64,000 nucleotides of DNA from positions 14,756,001 through 14,820,000 of the forward strand of contig OX597840.1 of assembly GCA_951406725.2 (NCBI GenBank). The letters are read 5' to 3'. Both the position numbers and the translations under genes were made by a program. Positions 50,630 through 63,190 of this stretch are shown here, one piece after another (within the stretch, counting starts at the first letter, position 1; each line of letters opens with the position of its first letter). Under the pieces are notes generated by a model that worked only from the letters and a program-made list of their open reading frames with translations, made no database searches and was not told the origin of the DNA. This DNA comes from Octopus vulgaris (lineage: Eukaryota).

Positions 50630-50880
50630 TCTATGCACCCTTTTAAAGCCTAGCCAGGCTCATGGGCCTGGTTTCCCGGTTTCAATGGTGTATGTGTTCC
50701 CCAGCTGGATGGAACTCTAGTCCATTGCAGTGTTACTCATTTTTGCCAGCTGAGTGGACTGGAGCAATGGGAAATGAAGTGTTTTGCTCAAGAACACAAT
50801 GCGTTGCCCGGTCAAGGAATCAAAACCACAATCTTACAACCATGAAGCTGACACCCTAACCACTAAGCCATGCGCCTCCA
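50630..50880 (-). mobile_element. SINE family E (tRNA, CORE-like body, V-like tail)
   Basis: Minus: ggaggcgcatggcttagtggttagg...tgtgttcttgagcaaaacacttcattt..ttgctccagtccactcagctgg...atggactagagttccatccagctgggg...atgagcctggctaggcttt. Confidence 0.8.
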
Positions 50881-51363
50881 CATATATATATATACACAGG
50901 ATAATATTCTGGGTAATAAATTCAGAATCTGCATTTAAGCATCTAAAAGCTCCTATACTGTTATTATATTTTAATTACTCAACTGTATAGTTAATCTAAG
51001 GACTAATCTTATATAATGATATAGAAATGCAAATTTAACAACTTAGATATGGTGTCTCGTGCAGAAACAATTGTTGTGATTTTGCCATTAAAGTCTGATA
51101 TTTTCCATCTTCATGTTATATTATTCGTATATGTATATATATGTATGTATGTATGTGTGTCAATACACATGTATATATTGGTTTTAGATATGTGTACATG
51201 TGTATGTGTATGTATTTATATATTTGTGTATATATGTGTGTGTGTATCTGTGTGTATATATGTCTACACCTACATATCTATATATGCACACACACACACA
51301 CACATATATGTGAATGTATATCAATCATGTGTGTATAAATGTTTGTTTATACACACGATTCAT

Positions 51364-51410
<47 letters not shown>

Positions 51411-52200
51411 AAACAACCAACAGGACAGTAATGAATCAAATGGAACCGAATATATACCCTTTTCCCTAGTTGCAGTATTAAGCCCCCCCCCCCCCTGCAC
51501 AAATCTGGGTATAAACCATCCTTATCACTACCTGTCTCCACTCCTTTCATCTTGTTTGTTTTGACAATCTACATACCCCCAAACCACCCAGCCAGTTCCC
51601 ACATAACACACTACCCTTCCTTCCACTCGGACATACTTCACACGCCTACCCCCCACCAACTCCTCAGCTGGTGCTGTTTCCTTCTGAGAAACCCAAACTG
51701 TTTTGGATATATCAGATGGCAAGAAGTGAATTCTATGAAATTATTAACAAATAACATTTTAGGTATTGAATAGGTAAGGGGTGGGGTGGGAGGAAGGGCG
51801 AAGAATATCTGATTTGATGGAAATCTAGGAATGTCTGTGTGTGTGATTGTATATATTGCATGTATATAATGCACATATTAATGTGTATGTATATATATAT
51901 ATAAATGTGTATATATATATATATGTCTGTGTGTGTATATATACATGTATATACATATGTATACATATATATGCTTGTATGTGTTTGTGTATGTAGGTGT
52001 ATACATATATATATATTGTATAGGCGTGTATGTATATTTTTATGCACATATAAGTGAGTAGGTGTATATATGCTATAGATATACACAGCCATATACAAGT
52101 ATATTTACATTCTTCTCTTATATTTCTACTTGTGTATATGTATGTACATTTACAAGTGTGTTTGTATGTACATGTGCGTGTACAAACATATATGTATTGA

Positions 52201-52250
<50 letters not shown>

Positions 52251-52627
52251 TCAATACATAAATATATATCAATACATACATATATATATGTATGTGTCAC
52301 CAAGGTAAATACACACACACACACACACACAATTTAGTGTAGGACCACTTAAAGATTAGAAGTGATGTATAAATTGACAGTAGAGGAGAAAGAGAGAACA
52401 GCAAATATATATATTGAGAGAGAGAGAGAGAGAGAGAACAGAGGTGGTTGGTGTATTGATGGGTAAACTAGATTGTTACCAAATAAATGGTTGAAGAATT
52501 ACAGAGACTTGAACTTGTCAAAGAATAATGGAATGTTTTACACAATCTCTGCGATGGTGAGGTGGGTGAGGTGATGGAGCTCGGCAGTGGTGGGGGGTAT
52601 AATGAATTGACTGCACTTTCCTAAAGG

Positions 52628-52846
52628 TGTGTGTGTGTATTTGTATGTGTATGTATATGTATGTGTATGTATGTATGTATATATATATATATATATATAC
52701 ATACATACATATATTTATATATGTATATACATATATACACACACATATATATATATGTATATATACATATATATATATATGTATATATACATATATATAT
52801 ATATGTATATATACATATATATGTATATATACATATACATATATAA

Positions 52847-52877
<31 letters not shown>

Positions 52878-52935
52878 CATATATAAATATATATATGTGT
52901 ATATATATATATACACATATATAAATATATGTATG

Positions 52936-52984
<49 letters not shown>

Positions 52985-53012
52985 CACATATATACATATA
53001 GATATATATATA
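52628..53012. repeat. Compound (TA)n/(TG)n microsatellite
   Basis: Directly visible. Confidence 0.95.
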
Positions 53013-55099
53013 AAATGTATGTGTGTTTCTGTGTATATGTATTTACGTATATGTGTGTGTATTGTTATTTGTGGTTACTCTATTCTCTGAACAGTTGCAA
53101 GAGATTCAATATGGCTGAGTAAACAATATTTCGGAGGGAAGACATGAAGAAAATAAATAAATAAAATAAACAAAAAAATGAGAACACTTCAAGAAATAAT
53201 TAGGTTTTCTGATAGTTTGTGTGATGTTGGGTTTGGGGCTGGTCTTTGATAAATAATTGCATGACTCCTTAGGGCCAAAGGAACTAATAGTGGTCTTTTT
53301 ATTGTCATAGTTGTGGTCATCATCATCGTGGTAGTGGTAGTAGTAGTAGTAGCAGCAGCAGTTGTAGTAGTAGTAGTAGTAGCAGTAGTAATAGTTGTTG
53401 CAGCAGTTGTAGTAGTAGAAGTAGTAGTAGTGGTGGTGGTGGTGTCTATAATAATAATAGTAGTGGTTGTTGAAGTTATTCCTGTCAGTGTTGTAGTTGT
53501 TATGACAAAGTGTGTGATGTAGTGGAGTTGTGTTGCGAAAGTTTAAAATGACTTTCCTGTCAAACTTTCACAAAGCATCGCATGTTTTTATTGTGCCTCT
53601 CACAGTATCTACATAAGATGGTCCTTTTGTTTATGTGGAACCTCCTAGTATTTTTGTTATTGTTTTTCTTTTTTTTTCCAGGTAATTCAATTCTTTAGTG
53701 TTTTGAGTACAAATGTCTATTAAGAATAATGAGTGATGAAGATGAGGTTCTTCAAATTAATCTTTCTCACTAATTTTGAAAGAAATAGTCATATTTGACC
53801 TCCAGGCAATAAATCATTGTGTTTGGGCTCCATCCCATGTCAGGTCGGTGGTGTTTGCCTTTAGTAGATTTGGTAATGGAAATGTCCTACCAATATTTCT
53901 ACCAATATATCGAGTGTATATGTCTGTACAAATATGAATGTATATATGCATGTATTTATGTATATGTGGGTATCAGAGGTGACTCCAAGTCGTCAGCGTC
54001 ACTCTGGCTCATCACAGATTCCACATAAGACACATGCCTGCTTAAAGAATTTCATGTTTTTCCCTTTTATTTCTAGCCCCCAAATGGTATTTTTTATATC
54101 TAGCACTATGTCTTTCTCCATTTCTAAATTGAGGGTAAAAATAAAACAGTCCCGCAAAACACAACTGATCTTTACACACAGATGCACAGAATAACAGCAA
54201 TCAAATAATGAAAGCGGAGTGCACAACAAACATCAACGATCTGACTGTCACCTGTACACTTCACAAGAGATTCCATTTAGTCTTTTACACCTACCAGGCT
54301 TGTTTGTATTAACCCGAGTTGCTGGATAATTTTTAGTTTTTTCAAGAATATTGTAGAATGGAAACTTTTCATAGATTGGAATTTAAATCCTAACCTTTAT
54401 AGAAATTTGTTGTTTCAAGAAAAAAACTGAATTTGAATTAGTTTTAATTTTTACGGTTATAGATAACAACTCGGGCTGTAACTTCTGAGCCTGAGTCAGG
54501 CATCTGTGAACGATGTCAAGAGAATGTCTGCTACGAATGATATTTTTTGATACGGGGCACCTCTAAGATGGCCACCAGATGCTGAATGAACATAAAAGAA
54601 CTGCAACCAGGCTCAATAAAATGAGTTTGAGGTATTGGCTGCAATTACATACTTGAAGTTAATGTTGGCAGAAATTAAATCAGGCTGAAAATACATGTTC
54701 ACTTTACTAAATTTATACTCGGGCTAAGCCCAAACAGCCCAAGTGCTGGAGTCGCCACTGGCGGATATGTGTGTTTATAAAGATGTATTTATGTGTATAT
54801 ATGTGTTTATAGGTATGAACGTACATATGCATATATATTGGGCATGTATCTGTATAAGTTTGTGTGTATATGTACATAAGTTGTATGCATATATACATAA
54901 ATTTGTATGTATGTATGTGTGCATGTATGTATATTAATGAAAGAAGACGGGTCAGTGTATGTCTGTGATACCCACCATGTTTTTTCTCTCCAGCTATTTG
55001 CAAGTAAAATTGCTAAGTAAAATCATGTCTATCTACACTCATAGGCATGTCCGTAATGACCATGTCCCCCTCCCTCCCCCTTAGCTGAGAGGTCTCTAT

Positions 55100-55412
55100 C
55101 TTGCAGGTGCCAGTGCCACATATGATGCCCTTGTGCCACTGTCATGTAAATGCACGCATGCCAGTGGCACACAAAAACTACCCAGCATACTCTGTAAAGT
55201 GGTTGGCATTAGGAAGGGTGTCCAGCCATATAAACCATGCCAAAACAGATGACTAGAGCCTGGCCAACTCTCCAGCTGACCAGCTCTCCAGCTCTCCAGC
55301 TGACCAGCTCTCCAGCTCTCCAGCTCTCTGGCTGACCAGCTCCTGTCAAACCATCCAACACACACCAGCATGGACAATGGACATTAAACAATGATGCTGA
55401 TGCTGATGATGT
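55100..55412 (+). mobile_element. SINE family D with an internal ccagctct tandem expansion
   Basis: gtggttggcattaggaagggtgtccagcc...ccatccaac...ccagcatggacaatggacattaaacaatgatg. Confidence 0.75.
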
Positions 55413-55449
55413 ATGAAGCAGTGTGCACTTCTTTTTTCAAAACAATAAG

Positions 55450-55639
55450 TATTTACATTATTTACATTTGACGGATATTTGTCCTCATCTTGTTTGTTGT
55501 TAACACAACGTTTCAGTTGATATACCCTGCAGCCTTCATCAGGTGTCTTGGGGAAACTTTGAACCTGGCATAGTGGTTAAAAGCGCAGGCTACTAACCCC
55601 AAGATTCCAAGTTCGATTCCAGGCAGTGACCTGAATAAA

Positions 55640-55679
<40 letters not shown>

Positions 55680-55825
55680 TCGAAAAATACTTTAGGAATG
55701 AAAACCCAGGATCAACATTTCCCCAAGACACCTGATGAAGGCTGGAGGGTATATCAGCTGAAGTGTTGTGTGAACAACAAAGATGAGGACAAATAGCCGT
55801 CGAATGTAAATAATGTAAATAATGT
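55450..55825. mobile_element. Element with a tRNA-like Pol III head, (AAT)n and a hammerhead-bearing tail, plus an inverted upstream copy of the tail
   Basis: ~115-bp inverted arms (55450-55568, 55706-55825), each with gacac-CTGATGA-a-ggctg..cagct-GAAAC GTT-gtgtt (one or two decay changes each); interior A-box TGGCATAGTGG and B-box GTTCGATTCC. Confidence 0.75.
55564..55628 (+). promoter_or_regulatory. tRNA-derived internal Pol III promoter (A and B boxes), not a functional tRNA
   Basis: tggcatagtggttaa...ggctactaacc...gttcgattcc; acceptor stem incomplete. Confidence 0.65.
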
Positions 55826-55844
55826 TCATAATTCCTCATCTTTC

Positions 55845-55906
55845 CTTAAAATTAAATTCTTGTTCAGTTTTATATTTATAGAACTGAACAAGAATTTAAT
55901 TTTAAG
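55845..55906. repeat. AT-rich hairpin with 25-bp perfect arms
   Basis: cttaaaattaaattcttgttcagtt ... aactgaacaagaatttaattttaag. Confidence 0.9.
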
Positions 55907-56331
55907 CAGATTTGACTGCTATTTCTTGTAAGTTGGCTACCCAGGAAAAGTCTCTCTTTCTCTCTCAAGTTCTCTTTCTTTCTCTCTTTCTCCCGCTCCC
56001 CTTCTCTCTCTCCCTTTCTCTCTCATGATATTTTGTCTGATTCTTCTCAACCCATAGTTGTAGAATATAATTATTCTATAACTCGGCAACTTCCAACATG
56101 AACCTCACCAGAACTCCATTTATTATTTAAATTTCAAAACTTTAAATGAAATCTCATTAAATCAATGAGAGAATCAAACATTTATGAGGAAACGTGTGAA
56201 GCAGTGATTGTGAGTAAACAAACCTAAGACCAGTTCGAACCGGTTCAAGAGATGTTTTATAGGTGCAAATATCTTGCAAATATATTGGAGTTGGTCTTCA
56301 GTTTGTTTGTCTCTTATTATTAAGTTGAAGA

Positions 56332-57015
56332 AGGCAGTGAGAGGGCACAATCGTTAGTACACCAGACAAAATACTTAGCTGTATTTCTTTCACCTCTGCA
56401 TTCCGAGTTCAAATTCCGCTGAGGTTGACTTTACCTTTCATTCTTTCAGGGGTCAATAAATAAAGTACCAGTCAAGTACTGGGGTCGATGGGATTGACCT
56501 TCCCCAGGCCTTGTGCCACTAGTAGAAAGGATTATTAAGTTGAAGGAAGTGGCAAAATCATTAGCATGCTAGGCAAAAGACTTAGCAGTATTTCTCCTGT
56601 CTTTGTGTTTTGAGTTCAAATTCTGCCAAAGTTGACTTCACTTTTCATCCTTTCAGGGTCGATAGAATAAGTACCAGTCGAGTACTAGGGTCTATGAAAT
56701 CAACTTAACCCCTCCCCTGAAATTACTGGCCTTGTGCCAAAAATTTGAAACCATTATTAAGTTAACCATTTGAAACCATTATCAAGGAAGGCAGTAAGGT
56801 GGCAACATGGCAGAATTGTTATCACTCCAAGTTAAATGCTTAGTTGTATTTCACCCATCACTACGTGCTGAGTTCAAGTTCCGCCAAGGTCGACTTAGCT
56901 TTTATCCATTCAGGGTTGATAAATTAAGTACCAGTTGTGTAATGGGGTTGATGTAATTGACACATCCCCTTTCCCAAAATTGCTGCCGTTGTGGCAAAAT
57001 TTGAAACCATTATTA
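56332..57015 (+). mobile_element. Three tandem SINE family B copies
   Basis: Units start near 56332, 56548 and 56798, separated by attattaagttgaag-like linkers. Confidence 0.85.
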
Positions 57016-57079
57016 AGGAAGCTTCTTACCACACGGCTGAACCTGTGCCTATATGCAAATAATTACAATATATTACTGT

Positions 57080-57372
57080 AGAGGCACATGGTCTAGTGCT
57101 TAGAGCAGCAGACTCGCAGTCGAGGGATTGTGAGTTCGAATCTCAGACTGGGCGATGTGTGTGTTTATGAGTGAAACACCTAAGCTCCACGCAGTTCTGG
57201 GAGAAGGTAATGGCGAACCTCTGCTAACTCTTTCACCACAACTTTCACTCTTTCCTCCTGCATCTTGCTGCTCACATGCAACGGTCCTGCGTCCTGTCCA
57301 GGTGGGGAACCTATATGCGAAGGAAACCGGGAAACCAGCCCTATGAGTTAAGCATGGCTTGAGAAGGAACAG
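57080..57372 (+). mobile_element. SINE family C variant with V-like tail
   Basis: gaggcacatggtctagtgcttagagcagcagactcgcag...gttcgaatctcagac...tgcgtcctgtccaggtggggaacc; homologous to 63334-63637. Confidence 0.8.
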
Positions 57373-57839
57373 ACAATATATGACTAAAGGTTTTCTTTAT
57401 TTGTAACACATGTGAATGTATACTGGTTTTACCATAGTTCTAAACCATACATAATCTGTATGTTTGTGTGCATGTGTGCATTCACATATGTGTGTACACA
57501 TGTGTATGTGTGTGTAAGTGTGAGGCATAACAATAAAGAATACATTATTAAAACCTGCGACTGCTGTCTGTAAATGATGATGTTCAAAGCAATAAGTGAC
57601 AGACGTTTCGGTATATTTCCGGTAGATCAGTGCAAATTCATATGACTTCAATAATTCACCAATGAGAATTAGACCTCATGGCACCATTTCAGGATGGTTT
57701 TTATTTTCCTGGTTTTTATTTATTCAGAATTTTTTTTCAATTTAATCTTATGAAATATTGCAAAAAAGTTATTACATTTTTCTTCACATCTGCTTGTGGT
57801 AAATCCTTAGTAGAGGCATGGCATGCAGTGATTTTAGAG

Positions 57840-57882
<43 letters not shown>

Positions 57883-57969
57883 TAGATAAATAGATCTATA
57901 TATATATAGATGTATATATATATGTGTGTGTATATATGTATGTATGCATTATCTATATGCATATATATG

Positions 57970-58008
<39 letters not shown>

Positions 58009-58009
<1 letters not shown>

Positions 58010-58406
58010 AGAGAGGGAGAGGTGGAATTAATATATATAAGTATTTATGAATTGATATATAATAGTGTAAACATAATAGACTCACACACACACAAACACA
58101 CAAGTTCAAATAAAGTGACATGTGTAGCATTGTGTAAGAATATGTTTAGAGGTACAAACATGTTTGTGTATGCATGTATATATTTATATATCCACACATG
58201 CACACACATGCAGAGGAGTTGAAGTGAGCTAATATACATTTGTGTTCATGTACATGTTTGTATAAGTGTGTGTATGTGTATGCGCACATACTTACACATA
58301 AATATCAACATATATTCACCGACACACATTTACACATGAAATCCTGCAATCCTATGTTGTAGGTCATATCCCAAGACACTAGTAACTGATTGGCTATAAG
58401 CACACA
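58009..58406 (+). repeat. Low-copy direct repeat, copy 2 (partner at 13045-13337; this copy has about 110 extra internal bp)
   Basis: Colinear match to 13045-13337. Confidence 0.9.
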
Positions 58407-58521
58407 TGTACACACACACACACACACAAACACGCACACACACACATACACACACACACACACACACTCACATACACATTAATAGTTCCAATCCCAGCCA
58501 GAGAGACCCTGTCAGAAGCTG

Positions 58522-58752
58522 TATGCAGAGTTGTCAATTATCAATACACATTTATTTAGGTGTCGGAACTACACTTTCGATGTATCTTGGCTACAGGGGC
58601 ATAGCATATGTACATTCATATCTATATATCTATGTATGAATGTACTTATGATATGCCCCAGCAGCCAAGATACATCAAAAGTGAAGTTCCAGCACCTAAA
58701 TAAATACAGCAACAATATATAAGTATGTATTGCTAATTGATAACACTGCATA
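58522..58752. repeat. About 230-bp imperfect palindrome (foldback)
   Basis: tatttaggtgtcggaactacactttcgatgtatcttggct..ggggcat..catatgtacattcata / tatgaatgtacttatg.tatgcccc..agccaagatacatcaaaagtgaagttccagcacctaaata. Confidence 0.9.
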
Positions 58753-59296
58753 TATGTGTGTGGATATATACATATATATTTATAAAAATACAGTTTACAT
58801 TTAAACACATAAGAGGCATCTGTCATAGGACTCCTTGCACGCTAGAGAGAACAGTTAAATTCCAAACCACTATTAGGGATAAAATTTCGAAAGGAATGAA
58901 AAATAAAAGCATTTACCATCTAACTCCTGGACCAATGGTTTCAGACTTTTTTTTAGCAAATTTGCTAGAGTTAACCAACTTATTTTGTGTTTCTTTTAAG
59001 ATTCATCAGTGGTTGTTGACCTCTGTGACCTCTGTCTCTTGGAGTTTAAGAAGTGGCGATTTTCTTGTAAGGAAGATAAACAGTGCGACAGTATGTGATA
59101 GTGGTGACCATCCACATTGACTGTATGGCCACAACTACAACAACAACCACAATATCCGTGACATCTCCAACAAAAACTGTTACTACTTCATATATTGCTA
59201 CAACCATGGCTGCCTCTACCACTATAACTACCATCACTACTACAATAACAACCATAACTAGTACTGCAGCCTTTACCTCACTTCGTCTATAACTGC

Positions 59297-59425
59297 TTGC
59301 ATCACCACCACCACCACCACAACAACAACAATGATCACAATAATCTTAACCACCACCACCACCACCATCGCCACAACAACAACAATGATCACAATAATCT
59401 TAACCACCACCATCACCAGACCTGC
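59297..59425. repeat. Tandem duplication of a low-complexity unit (about 57 bp)
   Basis: ccacaacaacaacaatgatcacaataatcttaaccaccacca, two copies. Confidence 0.85.
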
Positions 59426-59956
59426 TACTACAACATCTACAACACTGACAGCTTCCAATACATCCTTCATCCCCACAACTACAGCCACCACCTCCACCAC
59501 CACACCACCACCACACTGCCATCACCACCACAGCAACAACAACAACTGTGCTGACAACAGCAAGAACAACCGTTCTCTAATGACAAAGTTTGTAGACGTC
59601 CTAGTGGACATTCCGACTATGGATTAAGATGGGACACATCCGCGGATCATCAACAACCAGTCATAATGCTTGATTTGAACATCAATCCATTTATCTCTAA
59701 TCCACTATTCACCTCACCACCACCACCACCACCACTGCCCCATCGCCGTCGCCTTTTCTTTTCGCAATGCTTATTCTAATCGGATCAAATCACAGTTTGA
59801 GATTTATCTTCCGACAGCTGAAGTATCCAGGTTTCCGAAACAGTTTTCTGGAAAATTCTTGTGATTGTCTTTGACAATAATCCAAATGAAAGTCCTACTT
59901 TATCACCTTTGCACCAAATTGAATTCGTTCTACTACTACTACTACTACTACTACTG

Positions 59957-59992
<36 letters not shown>

Positions 59993-60451
59993 GTTTGAAC
60001 CCTAGGTCAACTCTGATCAAACAGATCTTTGATCAGATTTTTATTTCTAGTCTTTTTTAGTGTTTTTTTAGTGTTTTCTATATTTTTTTTTATGTTTTCT
60101 GCTGATGTTTGTTTATCAAACTCTGAGGTTTCCAGTTCAGTCTTATGTTGTAACACCGTATTCTAGTGTCCTCAACTTTCAGCTTCTGTTGACCAGTGGC
60201 TTTGTGAAGGGAATTTGGTGCTCAGAACCTGTCCTACACACCCATTGTGTGCATGCGAATTTGTGCATGTGTGTTTGTGCACAGGTGTGTGTGGGGGTGA
60301 GATGAGGTTTATATCCATGTTTACATTTTTTGCTGTTTATACTCCATAACTTAGCAATCTGACAATAGAGATCGATACAATAAATAGCAGACTTAAAGAT
60401 AAATACTGGGTTCACTATGATCAACTAAACTCTTTCAACGCATTGCTCCAG

Positions 60452-60483
<32 letters not shown>

Positions 60484-61874
60484 GATGTACATATTTACAC
60501 GTGTGTGTATGTATACAGACTATATATAATAATGAACATGTTATATTTTTTATCTCCCTCCCTACCACTTTCTCACTCATTCTCTCCCTCTCTCTATCTC
60601 TCTCGCTATATACATATACATATATATACATATATGTATGTATGTGTGTGTGTGTGTGTGAAATTTGTATAGTAAATGCACAAAGGGGAAAAAAATGTAT
60701 AGTAAATGCGGAAGCAAACAGAAAAATGTATATTAAATACAAAAACGGACAGAAAGCAAAAACAGAAAGTCCCTAATTCTTCATCAGTCATCAACCAGAT
60801 GACATTACTCAGTTTTGCACCATTAATCATAAGACTGAGATGCTTCCCATGCTGGCAGGGCCCCCGAAAACGCACACACACACACACAAACAAACTGTTC
60901 GTCATTCCGTTGTGGAACTCCATTTCTGTGACATTGATAAACTTCCACACTTATTTGTTAAGTTTCCACATCACAGCAATACATAAGGATAGGTTCTTTG
61001 AATGCCCCCCCCCACCACCACCACCACCACCAGAATCTTTTCCAATGTCTTATTTAAAACCATTTATTTCACAATATATTCTCAATCTGACTGGAACCCA
61101 CCAATCTTTAATTTCTTTGAATCGTTTTCCCATCTGACATACTAATGGATCTCAAACATTGTAAAGTGATAGACTTGTTCCTCCTTTAAATACAACCCAT
61201 CACATTTATTCAAAGCAGATTATATAATTGCAATTATGTGTATCTGTTTAATTTGGAAACTGTTAATACAGTCCATTAAATTTATTTAGTGATTACTAAC
61301 TATAATTATTCATATTTGGAGAATTAACGAGGAATGCGATCCATTGAATTTAATAAAAGCTCACTAATTACACTTGTATACATCTGTGTAGTTAATTAAT
61401 TAATTAACTGTGAATATGAACTATAAAACTGGTGTTTTTGATGTTAAAACCTCCACCTCACCCGACAAGCACCTTGTGATGATATGATATTTTATTGACT
61501 TTGGTACAACCAAAGGGTAGGTTGATGTCAGTGAGATTTGAACCCAGAATATAAGGAACTAGAACAAATCTCATAAAGTATTTTGTTAGTGACTGCACCA
61601 CTTTACTGACTTTTGATAAAATTAATAAAAGTCAGAACTCCAAGTGTCTCCACCAAATGTTTGAACCTTGAGCTTTGCATTTTATTTAGCTTAACACGTT
61701 TTCTCAAGCAAAGCAAACTATCAGAAGTCTCGATCCTTTGTCATCTGTTCTGTGAGGCCCAACGTCTGAGGACCCTTTCTTGCCATTTCATCCTGTGTCT
61801 TTCTACATCTCCCCCTATCATACGTTCCCTCCACAATTGCACTTCTTGATGCAGCTCTCCTCATCCATACATCA

Positions 61875-62045
61875 TTAACACTGGGCAAAATGCTTATCAC
61901 CATGTCATCCATCTTCATATTTGAGTTCAAGTTCTGCCAAGGTTGACTTTGCCATTCATCCCTTTCAGGGTTTGATAACATAAGTACCAGTGAAGCTCAA
62001 TGTAATTCCCCGAAAATTTTAGACTTTGTTCCTGCAGTAGAAAGG

Positions 62046-62089
<44 letters not shown>

Positions 62090-62122
62090 GGCAGTGAGCT
62101 GGCAGAATTGTTAGCACACTGT
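61875..62122 (+). mobile_element. SINE family B copy plus a short head fragment
   Basis: gagttcaagttctgccaaggttgactttgcc..; ggcagtgagctggcagaattgttagca. Confidence 0.75.
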
Positions 62123-62224
62123 CCATCCATTCATCCATCCATCCATCCATACATGCATACATATATACATGCATGCATACAAACGTTTGTGTGTGTGTGT
62201 GTGTAGATTGTTTGAAATGGTCTT

Positions 62225-62258
62225 CTGATGAATCTCTGAAACGAGATGGAAGTGCTAA
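62225..62258 (+). ncRNA. Degenerate minimal hammerhead motif
   Basis: CTGATGA-atctc tgaaac gagat-GGAA gtgc TA (compare GAAA-gcgc-TA); stem I poor. Confidence 0.4.
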
Positions 62259-62335
62259 ATAAATAATCATCCAAAATTCTGACTGCCTCCTGTTTCTTAA
62301 TATATTTACTATAATGAAAAATGCAGACACATGAT

Positions 62336-63190
62336 CCTAAAATATTTTTAAGTATTTTAACCTGAGAAAGTACAGATCAAGCAATAATTAAGCCTGGAAA
62401 AGTACAGGACAAGAAAAAAAAGCTTAAAATGTTACTGCTAAAGTTAGAATTTAAAAACCAAATAGCAATAAATGCCCCGTTATATTTTTTATTTTTACTT
62501 AAAAGTCTAAATTAAAATACTCAAGAAGTTATTTTTTTTTCAATTTTAGTGAAAAAACTAATTGTCTGCAAGTTTACACATTAAAAGTTTGATATTACAA
62601 ATATATTTAAAAACTGACATTTAAGCAAAATTGACAATTATATCCCCTACAATTTTTTAAAAAAGCTATTTGTTTTTACATTTTGTACTCAATTTGTTCA
62701 TTGGCTTTTATTTTTTTAAAATAGTTTTCTTACTGTAAATAGAGAATATTTTATCTCATAATGCAAATGTTAAAGAAATTAATTCTTTTGTTTCTTTAAA
62801 AACTTTTTTGAATTACATGTATTTTATATGAATTTAATTTTATAACACAATATCTGTGATTTAAAATTTTTGTATAATGAGAAAAAAAATATAAAAAATG
62901 ATATAATACTAGAAATAAGAAAAAAGTTTTAGCTTAATACAAAGAAATTTTAAAATCAAATATATTAACTTATATTTTTAAAAACATTGCAATAAAAAGC
63001 CCAAAAATATAAAAAGCAAAACAGTGCACACACTATTTCATGAACAATTTCAGAAATTTATTTAGTAAATTCTAACTTCAGCAGCAATATTTTATATTTT
63101 AAGTTTTTTTTACTTGCTGTCCTGTACTTTCCCAGCCTTGATTACTGCTTGTTCTGTACTTTTCCTGGTTCAATATTTAAGAATATTAGG
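62336..63190. mobile_element. AT-rich foldback element with ~120-bp imperfect TIRs
   Basis: 62336-62451 (aacctgagaaagtacagatcaagcaataattaagcctggaaaagtacaggaca...ctgctaaagttagaattt) matches the reverse complement of 63067-63190. Confidence 0.75.

Noticed and set aside
54567-54585. CTCF-like motif tggccaccagatgctg
   Set aside because: 3' half departs from the consensus; single unsupported match
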